DNA from: a virus
Length of the DNA stretch: 64,000 nt
IMG/VR virus record: IMGVR_UViG_3300032296_002019
Location: 1 to 64,000 of that record
Direction: 5' to 3' (one strand)
A program made the translations under genes and the position numbers. Below, one piece after another: positions 1-7,835 of this stretch (position 1 is its first letter; each line of letters starts with the position of its first letter). The notes beneath the pieces are model-generated. The model did no database searches. It was given only the letters and a program-made list of their open reading frames with translations, and was not told the origin of the DNA.

Positions 1-80
1 CCTGTGCTACCTCTGGCTATGGCTGTAAAGGTCGTGCTAGTTGGAATGATGTTATTAGAAAAGCTAATCGCCCTTATTAA
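1..80 (+). CDS. 3' end of small Cys-containing (lipo)protein, partial
   Basis: Reads ...CATSGYGCKGRASWNDVIRKANRPY*; resembles the mature part of a small lipoprotein; N-terminus lies outside the window. Confidence 0.5.
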   Translation, partial: CATSGYGCKGRASWNDVIRKANRPY

Positions 81-99
81 AGCATCTTAACATTGTAGT

Positions 100-252
100 A
101 TGAAGAAGATCATCCTTTTCCTCCTAGTGACTGCTATGTTTAGTAGTTGCGTTACGACTATATATTCAGCAGGACCCGATAGAAAAGGTCGCTGTAATAT
201 ATATGGTCACAAACCTATTCCTAAGTCTAATGGGTTTATATTCAGATTTTAA
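100..252 (+). CDS. small lipoprotein (50 aa)
   Basis: MKKIILFLLVTAMFSSC: basic N-terminus, hydrophobic core, FSSC lipobox; below the ORF-track cutoff. Confidence 0.7.
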   Translation: MKKIILFLLVTAMFSSCVTTIYSAGPDRKGRCNIYGHKPIPKSNGFIFRF

Positions 253-277
253 ATGTTAATCTTTAAATCAATCTATC

Positions 278-616
278 ATGGATAAAGAAACCGTTATATC
301 TGTTCTTGAGGGCTATAAAAAAGAGTTCTTAGAACACTTGGAATATCATTGCAATGCGTATAAACTTGTAGGCAGTAGGCTTTCGGAATCACCTATGTGG
401 TTTCAGTATAGGGGCATGGAGAACTTACATCTTAAGTTTGTCAACTCTCAGATCTCAGGTATATGGTTCTCCCTACCATTGGTAGATGAGGATGCAGATA
501 TCACTACTTATTCTAATAGGGATTGGATCTATGATTACTTTAGAGATATAAAGTATGCCTACATAAAAGAAAATCATCTCACTATTTATTCTGAAATTGT
601 TCCTCAAATAAAATAG
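278..616 (+). CDS. hypothetical protein
   Basis: ORF track; in co-oriented gene run. Confidence 0.7.
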   Translation: MDKETVISVLEGYKKEFLEHLEYHCNAYKLVGSRLSESPMWFQYRGMENLHLKFVNSQISGIWFSLPLVDEDADITTYSNRDWIYDYFRDIKYAYIKENHLTIYSEIVPQIK

Positions 617-618
617 AT

Positions 619-798
619 ATGAAAAAGATAACTGGTGCTATTCTATTGGTCGCTTGGCTTATTTGTATGTTTATATTCTCTTTCATGTATGTATCCTTCC
701 CTGAGTGGGAGATTGTATTACTCTTGATAGTAATGAGTCTAGTCCCCCTCGTATCGTTTATGTTGATGACCCCAGATAAAAATCCTAATGATGAGTAA
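619..798 (+). CDS. small two-TM membrane protein (59 aa)
   Basis: MKKITGAILLVAWLICMFIFSF...; fills the gap between neighbours. Confidence 0.6.
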   Translation: MKKITGAILLVAWLICMFIFSFMYVSFPEWEIVLLLIVMSLVPLVSFMLMTPDKNPNDE

Positions 799-1240
799 GA
801 TTAAACTTCCAGAGTTCAAGATCTCTTATAAGAGAAAGCTTCCATCATCTCCTCTTAAATCTATACAGGGATCTGAAGATGCTTCTGTTGTATGCAGATC
901 TTTATATGATAAAGGAGTGTTAGATTGGAAAGAAGAGTTTCATGTCATAGCTTTGTCCAGAGGGAACAATGTGATAGGATCTTTCAAAGCAAGTCAAGGA
1001 GGTGTATCGGGTACAGTAGTAGACCCGAAGATCATACTTCAGTTTGCTTTGTTAGTCAATGCTTCTTATATTATAATGACTCACAATCATCCTTCAGGAA
1101 ATCTAAAACCTTCTGACAGAGATATAGAACTGACCAAGAAGATGAAGAGTGCTTGCGAGTCTATGGATATGTTATTGCTAGACCATATTATAATCACTTC
1201 CAAAGGCTACACTTCCCTTAGTGATGAAGGATTCTTATAA
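788..1240 (+). CDS. radC: RadC-like JAB/MPN domain protein
   Basis: EEFHVIAL..GGVSGTVVDPK..HNHPSGNLKPSDRD..LLDHIII: the JAB HxHPSG-x-S-xx-D motif. Confidence 0.92.
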   Translation: MMSKIKLPEFKISYKRKLPSSPLKSIQGSEDASVVCRSLYDKGVLDWKEEFHVIALSRGNNVIGSFKASQGGVSGTVVDPKIILQFALLVNASYIIMTHNHPSGNLKPSDRDIELTKKMKSACESMDMLLLDHIIITSKGYTSLSDEGFL

Positions 1241-1251
1241 AAAAATAGTAT

Positions 1252-1398
1252 ATGAAAAAAGTATTGTTGTTTATTTGTATCGTTACTATCTTTAGTAGCT
1301 GTTACACTGTTACTCAGGTAGGAAACTGTAAGTACTACAAACTGAAACCTCAGTATCGTAGTTCTTATTATAAAGAACACAAGCCAGTAGGCTTTTAA
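1252..1398 (+). CDS. small lipoprotein (48 aa)
   Basis: MKKVLLFICIVTIFSSC with FSSC lipobox; below the ORF-track cutoff. Confidence 0.7.
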   Translation: MKKVLLFICIVTIFSSCYTVTQVGNCKYYKLKPQYRSSYYKEHKPVGF

Positions 1399-1408
1399 AT
1401 TAATTAGT

Positions 1409-1612
1409 ATGCTGAAGTTTATACTGATACTGATTGGTCTGATAGTTCTAGGAACTTATTCTTTCTATAACCTAATAGCTGGGAGCGTGTATCTTACCGC
1501 TGCTATCTTTACACTATCCTTTACGGGAGTTGTAATAATGGTTATGTATTTGATAGGAGAAGTAGTATTTAAAATCATTTCTTTATGGGAAGAAGAAAAC
1601 GAAAACCAATAA
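1409..1612 (+). CDS. small membrane protein
   Basis: Two hydrophobic segments. Confidence 0.65.
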   Translation: MLKFILILIGLIVLGTYSFYNLIAGSVYLTAAIFTLSFTGVVIMVMYLIGEVVFKIISLWEEENENQ

Positions 1613-1977
1613 ACACTACTGTTGTCATTACAGTAGTAGGGTTTGTTGTATCCTGTCTATCTCTGATGTGGATTGCTAACAAGGTTATGGGATCTAGTAC
1701 TAGTGTAAACAAGTACTATCTAAAATCTAATTACGATAGTGATCAAGATCTTATGGCTACTCTGTTGGCTAGACCAAGCAAGCTATTTCTTTGGTGCTGT
1801 GATTGTATTCAGTTCTATGCAGTAAAGATGGGACTAACTTATGAACAGCTAAACATTCATCTGTTTGTTATACTTCAACCTGCTTTGATACTAATGTTTG
1901 CTACATTATTTGTTATACAAACTGTTAGACTTAGTCGATATTCCAATCAGCAGGTTCGTAATCGGTTACATACTTAG
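1585..1977 (+). CDS. membrane protein
   Basis: N- and C-terminal TM segments; 3' end overlaps the convergent gene by 47 nt. Confidence 0.65.
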   Translation: MGRRKRKPINTTVVITVVGFVVSCLSLMWIANKVMGSSTSVNKYYLKSNYDSDQDLMATLLARPSKLFLWCCDCIQFYAVKMGLTYEQLNIHLFVILQPALILMFATLFVIQTVRLSRYSNQQVRNRLHT

Positions 1978-3052
1978 CAGGAATGGTTAGATTAACCTTC
2001 TTTATATCTGCTCCAGGAACATCATCAGGAGATTCTAAGTAAGCCATATGTCTTATCGCTGGGTAAATACCTACGTTATTATCAGTCATTATCTTCTTAA
2101 GAGATTGTTGATAAGACAGACCTTCAATATCTTTCTTAGTAGTGTTTATAGTTTTCCATTTAGAAAAATCATACTTATCTGTTACAGTATATGATCCATC
2201 ATCATTCTTCTGATAAGAGAATTGTCCCAAGGTTAAAGCTACCATTACCTCTGGATCTTGCATCACTTGGTTTCCTAACTGCTTGACACTCATCATGTTA
2301 CCGTGCATGACATCGTCCTTTATGTCAGGTCTGTATTGATTATACGTTACTGCACCACTGTCTACGTTACTCTTACCTTCTTTATCTTTTATGGCTTGGT
2401 TTATCAAAGAGCCCATCATCTTTAGATCTTCTTGTCTGAAGTCTTTAGTACTTAAGTTTCTTGTAAAGAATAGCTGAGCTACATGAGGAGCTTGCTGTCT
2501 TACATATTGTTTGATGTTATCTTTAAATGGCATTAAAAGAGATCCTGCTATTGCTGTTCCGACAGCTGCCTTCTTTAGAAAATCTTTAACCTTAACGCCC
2601 GTGGCTTTGAGTTTATCTAATAAGGTCTTCTTATTCTCTTTAGGGATCTTTGGATCAGATAAGAACTTCAATACCTTCTTCTCATACTCTTTAGGAAGTT
2701 CAGCATCTTTCTTACCTAGAACATTCCAGTTAACAATCTTAGATTGGTTAAGATATTTCAGTACAGGTTTAGATCCATCCTTTGGTACTATGTACGTCAG
2801 CAAATAGTTATTGCCATTCTTCTTATCTATTCTTATGGGCTCAACAGAGTACCATCCTTTCTTAGACTTTTCATCTCCTTGATAATAAACACTAACTCTT
2901 TTTTTATCTGCTATGATTTTATCTGCTGTCTTATCATCCATTGGAGCCTCCAGTAACATACCAAGGAAGTTTGTATCTCCTTGATTATGAGACTCATATA
3001 GATTTGCGTTGTCTATTATAGACAAGAAAACATATTCTTTGTAAGAAAGCAT
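1931..3052 (-). CDS. WYL-like domain fusion protein
   Basis: Likely start is ATG at 3052 (MLSYKEY), just downstream of an ATATTTATA motif; the segment LLEAPMDD..VSVYYQGD..GW..KIVNWNVLGKK is clearly homologous to the N-terminal half of 41510..42310. Confidence 0.75.
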   Translation of the reverse strand: MLSYKEYVFLSIIDNANLYESHNQGDTNFLGMLLEAPMDDKTADKIIADKKRVSVYYQGDEKSKKGWYSVEPIRIDKKNGNNYLLTYIVPKDGSKPVLKYLNQSKIVNWNVLGKKDAELPKEYEKKVLKFLSDPKIPKENKKTLLDKLKATGVKVKDFLKKAAVGTAIAGSLLMPFKDNIKQYVRQQAPHVAQLFFTRNLSTKDFRQEDLKMMGSLINQAIKDKEGKSNVDSGAVTYNQYRPDIKDDVMHGNMMSVKQLGNQVMQDPEVMVALTLGQFSYQKNDDGSYTVTDKYDFSKWKTINTTKKDIEGLSYQQSLKKIMTDNNVGIYPAIRHMAYLESPDDVPGADIKKVNLTIPAKYVTDYEPADWNID

Positions 3053-3086
3053 AAAGTATTGTTTATCAAATATAAATATTGCATTT

Positions 3087-3332
3087 ATGGAAGAAATACT
3101 TAACCTTGAATATAATGTTGCTTGTGTAGTTATAAAAGCTATAAACCTAAAAGGAAGTGTGAAAGAAGCGTCTAAACTTTTAGGAATATCCGATACCACG
3201 GTCTACGAAATAATAAGAAGGAATCATATAAAGATTGTTAAGGGAACAAAAAATAGAATGTACGTTAGTATGAAAGAGAAAATCTTATATAGAGATGCAT
3301 TAGGAAAGTGCATATCTAATATTCCAGTTTAA
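3087..3332 (+). CDS. helix-turn-helix protein (Fis-like)
   Basis: GSVKEASKLLGISDTTVYEIIRR HTH pattern. Confidence 0.75.
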   Translation: MEEILNLEYNVACVVIKAINLKGSVKEASKLLGISDTTVYEIIRRNHIKIVKGTKNRMYVSMKEKILYRDALGKCISNIPV

Positions 3333-3347
3333 ATAAAAATAAAGTCT

Positions 3348-3611
3348 ATGACGGAACTTCAGTTGTTACACAGACAGAGAGCTTTCCTTATGGGAATTGT
3401 TCTGCATCTAATGTCTACAGATCATTCAGATTCTGACGTTGTTAAATTAAAACTCAGCGTAGCTACTGCCATGGTAGATGAGCTTGAGAAAGGTTACAGC
3501 TTGTCAGATGAAGTAGAACGTGTTGTAATGAAATCAATTAAATCTATGCTTGAGAAGGAGCAGGCATTACAAGAAATAAAAGATCAGCTTAGGGATACAG
3601 GTCCCTTCTAA
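3348..3611 (+). CDS. hypothetical protein
   Basis: ORF track; A-rich leader. Confidence 0.7.
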   Translation: MTELQLLHRQRAFLMGIVLHLMSTDHSDSDVVKLKLSVATAMVDELEKGYSLSDEVERVVMKSIKSMLEKEQALQEIKDQLRDTGPF

Positions 3612-3655
3612 GATAAAAACGTCAGGTTATAAGACGGTATAAAACCACCACAATT

Positions 3656-3880
3656 ATGATGCTAAAAGTCATAAGGTCTGACAGACCAACCGCCTACTAT
3701 TCTCCAGTGGAGAATGTTCAAGAAAGTATCGCCGAGCTGTACGAGGATCCTACAAGCTATGGCCTTACGGTAACAGTAGTGAATGAGGATAATGTATCTG
3801 TGGAGTTTGACTTCTCAAATCGTATCAGCAAAGCTGGTATCAGAAGCAAACTTCTAGAACTACAGAACCTCTTGTGGTAA
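3656..3880 (+). CDS. hypothetical protein
   Basis: ORF track; followed by a terminator. Confidence 0.7.
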   Translation: MMLKVIRSDRPTAYYSPVENVQESIAELYEDPTSYGLTVTVVNEDNVSVEFDFSNRISKAGIRSKLLELQNLLW

Positions 3881-3888
3881 TCGCAACA

Positions 3889-3919
3889 CCCCTCGGCTAT
3901 TCGGTCGGGGGGATTTTTT
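3889..3919 (+). terminator. intrinsic terminator
   Basis: CCCCTCGGCT-ATTC-GGTCGGGGGG hairpin followed by a T run. Confidence 0.75.
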
Positions 3920-3938
3920 AAACAGTAAATTAAAACAA

Positions 3939-4133
3939 ATGGAAAAAGAAGAAATGATTCTGTCCGTACCATCTAATGAGTACACAGAAATATCTTTTGA
4001 CGCCACAGACTTCAGAGACTTGGATGTATTAAACAGAAAGATCTTTGTTCAAAGATTTATAGATCTTATAATATACAATCCAGAAAGATTTCAAATTGCT
4101 ATGAGGCTTCTTAAAAGATGGGAGAAAAAATAA
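3939..4133 (+). CDS. hypothetical protein
   Basis: ORF track. Confidence 0.65.
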   Translation: MEKEEMILSVPSNEYTEISFDATDFRDLDVLNRKIFVQRFIDLIIYNPERFQIAMRLLKRWEKK

Positions 4134-4145
4134 AAAATAAATTGT

Positions 4146-4436
4146 ATGCTGATTAATTTAATTGTGTTCTTCGTATTGTTATCTGTTGGGATATCAATCA
4201 TATTGTACTATAAACAAAAAGGTAGTGATGTTAAAATACAATCATTCTATAAAGCTGTAGAAGAGATTAGAAATAGATCTCACACTATCAAAAGTAACGC
4301 TGAGGTTAGGGAACTTTTTGATGAAGTAATTTACCTTGAAGAAACTTTTAATGGTATGATAAGTGATGTGGTACTCAACAAAGAAATATCTCTTTTGAAA
4401 AATGTATTGAATAAAAAGTTCAAAAAATTAAAATAA
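4146..4436 (+). CDS. membrane-anchored hypothetical protein
   Basis: N-terminal TM helix. Confidence 0.7.
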   Translation: MLINLIVFFVLLSVGISIILYYKQKGSDVKIQSFYKAVEEIRNRSHTIKSNAEVRELFDEVIYLEETFNGMISDVVLNKEISLLKNVLNKKFKKLK

Positions 4437-4437
4437 T

Positions 4438-5085
4438 ATGAGACAACATGCAAAACCAGGAGACAAAGTTAAAATCTTAGATGATAATAAAGGAAACTGG
4501 GTTAAGGTAGGTCAGGTTTACTACGTACTTGAAGTTAGTGATCCTAATGGAGATGAAGAACAAAGACTATATGTTTTCGATGGAGTAGATGAGTCTTGGT
4601 TTGGAGAACCACAACACTTTGAGATAATCAATAAAAGATCTGCTAGAATGCATCAAAACTATAGAAAGTTTTCTGAAGGTGATGTGGTTATTAGATGGAG
4701 GGATATAGAAGATTGGGAGTGGGATGGTATTGGAGAAATAGATATTCCTGATATAGGAGAAGAGGTAAAGGTCGGTACTGTTGATATGGGAAGCAGTCAC
4801 AAAGAAGTTAGCTTTCATATAAAGGATATTGGATGGGTTCCAATGAAAGCATTCGTTCTAGCAACTTATTATAAAAAATCAACAACAACAATAACAAACC
4901 GGGGGACAGCGGATCTGAACACAGAAGGTTATGGCGAAATCAACACCAACCCAATTGAAGTACAAAGACCTCTTGCTTCAATCATCACAGGAAAGAGAAG
5001 CCCAGGAGGTGGAGTTCAAGGTAGAGGAAATGCAACAAGCATTAGAGTCGGACATCTTAGCCACAAAGAAATCTTTGGCTGGTGA
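4438..5085 (+). CDS. hypothetical protein with two SH3/KOW-like repeats and an overprinted C-terminus
   Basis: KPGDKVKI and FSEGDVVIR repeats; last ~50 codons overlap the next gene. Confidence 0.65.
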   Translation: MRQHAKPGDKVKILDDNKGNWVKVGQVYYVLEVSDPNGDEEQRLYVFDGVDESWFGEPQHFEIINKRSARMHQNYRKFSEGDVVIRWRDIEDWEWDGIGEIDIPDIGEEVKVGTVDMGSSHKEVSFHIKDIGWVPMKAFVLATYYKKSTTTITNRGTADLNTEGYGEINTNPIEVQRPLASIITGKRSPGGGVQGRGNATSIRVGHLSHKEIFGW

Positions 5086-5218
5086 AAGATCTGTATTGCT
5101 TAGGCTTAAGTCTAGCTTCCCTTTAGATTGTCAGAGCATTGTTAATGTTCAAGTGAGGATTGAAAGTTTGGAAGATGGTCTTAAGCGTCTTCATCTTTTG
5201 AAGGCTGAGTTGTTCTAA
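4931..5218 (+). CDS. coiled-coil hypothetical protein
   Basis: Helical heptad pattern; ends just before a terminator. Confidence 0.8.
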   Translation: MAKSTPTQLKYKDLLLQSSQEREAQEVEFKVEEMQQALESDILATKKSLAGERSVLLRLKSSFPLDCQSIVNVQVRIESLEDGLKRLHLLKAELF

Positions 5219-5227
5219 CAACAAAAT

Positions 5228-5253
5228 GGGGGATGCTATTATGCTCCCCCTTT
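5228..5253 (+). terminator. intrinsic terminator
   Basis: GGGGGATGC-TATTAT-GCTCCCCC hairpin followed by TTT. Confidence 0.65.
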
Positions 5254-5265
5254 AAATTTTATTCT

Positions 5266-5388
5266 ATGGTGAAAGAAAAGTTTATCAAGTGTAGAAACTG
5301 TAGAAGACTGTTCACCCAAACAATCTACAAGAAAAAGAAATCAAAACCAATCTGTCCTCATTGCGGGACATTAAATCAAAATTCATAA
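5266..5388 (+). CDS. small zinc-ribbon protein (40 aa)
   Basis: MVKEKFIKCRNC...ICPHCG: two CxxC pairs; missed by the ORF track. Confidence 0.65.
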   Translation: MVKEKFIKCRNCRRLFTQTIYKKKKSKPICPHCGTLNQNS

Positions 5389-5390
5389 AG

Positions 5391-5681
5391 ATGCAGCGTT
5401 TAAATTTTGAAGGCACAGAAGTAGATGTTAAAGTTATAACATCAATATCTCCAAACAGGATTCAGATTTTTGATTCGGAGAAAGAAACTTTACATGCCAT
5501 GGCTACGGTTAGTTTACAAGAACTATCTTTAGTAGAAGGGTATGTAGCAATTGATTATATGCATGAGAAAGACATGCTTAAGTTCTTGTTGGAAAACGAT
5601 ATCGTTGAACCTCCTGTAACATATTTGAAATCTTGGGAGGATGGAACAGCTTACCCAATCTGTAAAATAAAAACCTTATAA
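5391..5681 (+). CDS. hypothetical protein (DUF4313-like)
   Basis: ATVSL..YVAID..FLLENDI..YPICKI pattern; start moved to ATG 5391. Confidence 0.55.
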   Translation: MQRLNFEGTEVDVKVITSISPNRIQIFDSEKETLHAMATVSLQELSLVEGYVAIDYMHEKDMLKFLLENDIVEPPVTYLKSWEDGTAYPICKIKTL

Positions 5682-5699
5682 TCTGTAAAATCAAATTCT

Positions 5700-5996
5700 A
5701 TGGCAAAGAAAAAGAAAAAGCTACCCAGAGTAAATTGTGATGGTCATCCACTTTTAGATGCTAAACCTCCAAAAGATCAAAGACCTAAATGTCTTAACTG
5801 CGATCAAACAATATTACTAAGATCAAGTTTCTGGTATTGGGGAGAGCCAGTTAATATAGATGCAGATGGCAGAAAAAAGCCTAGATATTATTATGACGGA
5901 ATATCTTATTTCTGTTCTAGAAACTGTTCACATTCTTATGCACATAAAGCAGCAGAGAAAGCTCTTAAAGTAGAACCATTTAATAAAGTAAAATAA
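5700..5996 (+). CDS. zinc-finger protein
   Basis: CLNC...YFCSRNC. Confidence 0.7.
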   Translation: MAKKKKKLPRVNCDGHPLLDAKPPKDQRPKCLNCDQTILLRSSFWYWGEPVNIDADGRKKPRYYYDGISYFCSRNCSHSYAHKAAEKALKVEPFNKVK

Positions 5997-6001
5997 AAGT
6001 T

Positions 6002-6343
6002 ATGGCAAGAAAAGTAACAATAGATTCAGTAGAAGCATTTCGTACAAGAAAGAACAAGAGAACTCACAACACAGTTGTTTCGGTAGACAAAGACGGTAAC
6101 GCATCTATGTATCTGTTTGGAAATAGGATAGCTGTCCTCACAGCAGATAACAGGTTATTCATCACCACTGCTGGATGGAACACATCAACTACTAGGTCAA
6201 GGCTATCTTCTATAGGAAAGTTCAGAGTAAGAGTTTCAGGAGGAGGTTTAAAATTAGATGGAGTTGATTGGGATGGAAGATGGGTAGAAGTAGTAGAAGC
6301 TAACCCTGTATCTATCTACTTTAAAAATGAACCACCTGTATGA
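6002..6343 (+). CDS. conserved phage protein
   Basis: LFGNRIA..AGWNTSTTRSRL motif, common in phage early regions. Confidence 0.7.
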   Translation: MARKVTIDSVEAFRTRKNKRTHNTVVSVDKDGNASMYLFGNRIAVLTADNRLFITTAGWNTSTTRSRLSSIGKFRVRVSGGGLKLDGVDWDGRWVEVVEANPVSIYFKNEPPV

Positions 6344-6499
6344 ATATAATAATCCTTGGTATATTCATCATAGGACTCATAGTATTACTTGCAATAGTTC
6401 TTAGGATACTAGGTTGTTTAATTAGAGTACTCCTAGGTTTGTTTATACTGATTGTTATAGTTTGTTTATTTATATTCCTAATCTTTTAAATCCCCAAAC

Positions 6500-6757
6500 A
6501 TGAATCCTCCAAAAGGTTATTACAGAGAATTGCTAAAGAGTCATTTCCCAGAAATTAGAATTGCGTTTACCCACACTCCTATCTATGGGTGTAGTAAGGT
6601 AAACCCAGAGAACGTGCTTAAGGTATTAGATGCATCTACTGATCCATATGCAAAGTTCTATGCTGATGGTATTAGAAACGGACAGCTAGTTACCATCGTA
6701 GAGAATGGTCAGGAGTATGTCTACAAGAATAATGGTGAACTTTATTTCAGAAGCTAA
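6500..6757 (+). CDS. hypothetical protein
   Basis: ORF track. Confidence 0.65.
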   Translation: MNPPKGYYRELLKSHFPEIRIAFTHTPIYGCSKVNPENVLKVLDASTDPYAKFYADGIRNGQLVTIVENGQEYVYKNNGELYFRS

Positions 6758-6768
6758 AACAAATAGTA

Positions 6769-6864
6769 ATGGAAAAACAATTATTTGTTATAGATGGATA
6801 TCGCATATGGGCTTTCACTTATGAAGAGGCTTACGAAAGCTATTTAAGAATCCTCAAATTTTAA
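6769..6864 (+). CDS. tiny hypothetical protein (31 aa)
   Basis: MEKQLFVIDGYRIWAFTYEEAY..; fits exactly between neighbours. Confidence 0.5.
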   Translation: MEKQLFVIDGYRIWAFTYEEAYESYLRILKF

Positions 6865-6871
6865 ATGTAGT

Positions 6872-7417
6872 ATGACTAAAGTATCTTACAAAGAAGCTAA
6901 ACAAAAGAAAGCTGTCAGAGACTTTATATTCTCCCACTACAAAAATTCTAAGATAGTGGGACTGGCAGGCCCAGATATAAATGAATACATATCTTGGTGT
7001 AAGAAGAATGGGTTTGAAATAGAGGAGATATGGGAGAATGATTCTAGAGTTATGATGAGGCAGTTGTCTGATCTGAAAAGTAACGTGATGATGAAGTACA
7101 AGTTTGGAGATATAAACAGTACTATTCCTGACAAGGATAAGACTGTCTATGATCTAGACTACTGTGGATGTATCCATACATTGTACTCTTCGGTTATCAA
7201 GTTCAAGAAGAATGCAGTAATGACATTTGCATTGAGAGGAATCGGAGCAGAGAAGACTCTGAGTAGTTTCTTCAAACACAGAAAAGAAAAGATAGTTAGT
7301 AGAGTAACTAAGTCTAGTCCTATAAAACATATCAACATTAAAACTGATAAGGCTAGATATATAGTCGCACCTTATTTTGATACGACCCCTATGATTTCTA
7401 TTGCACAAATCTCTTAA
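6872..7417 (+). CDS. putative Rossmann-fold SAM-dependent methyltransferase-like protein
   Basis: IVGLAGP (motif I-like), IWEND, FGDI, YDLDYCG in class I MTase order. Confidence 0.55.
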   Translation: MTKVSYKEAKQKKAVRDFIFSHYKNSKIVGLAGPDINEYISWCKKNGFEIEEIWENDSRVMMRQLSDLKSNVMMKYKFGDINSTIPDKDKTVYDLDYCGCIHTLYSSVIKFKKNAVMTFALRGIGAEKTLSSFFKHRKEKIVSRVTKSSPIKHINIKTDKARYIVAPYFDTTPMISIAQIS

Positions 7418-7431
7418 CCAAAAACAAATCT

Positions 7432-7776
7432 ATGCGTAACAAAAAATCAAAACCAGGAAGGAAACCTGGAGCGACAGTTGTTTTCTACACTAAAGCAGAA
7501 GACGACATGATCAGGTCTGTTATTACAAATGGAAAGACTAACAAAGAAAATGCTGAGTTTCTTTCTAAGAAGTTGAAACGTCCTTTAATTTCTATGCAGC
7601 AAAGAATTGTAAAGTTCAGAAAAGAAATGGGACTGGCTAGGGTAACATCTAGAACTCCTAAGATGTCTAAGACAGATGAACTGCGTAGCGTAGTTCTTCC
7701 TAAGAACATTGCCTTAGAGTTCAAGGCTTCCCGTGCTGTTTTAAAGGAGAACCACATCATTATTTACTTTGCGTAA
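7432..7776 (+). CDS. putative DNA-binding protein (Myb/HTH-like)
   Basis: YTKAEDDMI..LSKKLKRPLISMQQR; basic N-terminus. Confidence 0.55.
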   Translation: MRNKKSKPGRKPGATVVFYTKAEDDMIRSVITNGKTNKENAEFLSKKLKRPLISMQQRIVKFRKEMGLARVTSRTPKMSKTDELRSVVLPKNIALEFKASRAVLKENHIIIYFA

Positions 7777-7779
7777 AAC

Positions 7780-7799
7780 CCTGTGTGTTTCCCAAAAAA
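7780..7799 (+). repeat. 20-bp intergenic motif, copy 1
   Basis: CCTGTGTGTTTCCCAAAAAA; 17/20 identical to copy 2. Confidence 0.6.
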
Positions 7800-7835
7800 T
7801 CGAATGCCTCGTAAAAAAATCTATAAAAAACAAAT

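Noticed and set aside
3053-3199. N-terminal extension of the 422-aa ORF
   Set aside because: It overlaps the + strand HTH gene antisense and spans the promoter-like motif; ATG 3052 is more plausible
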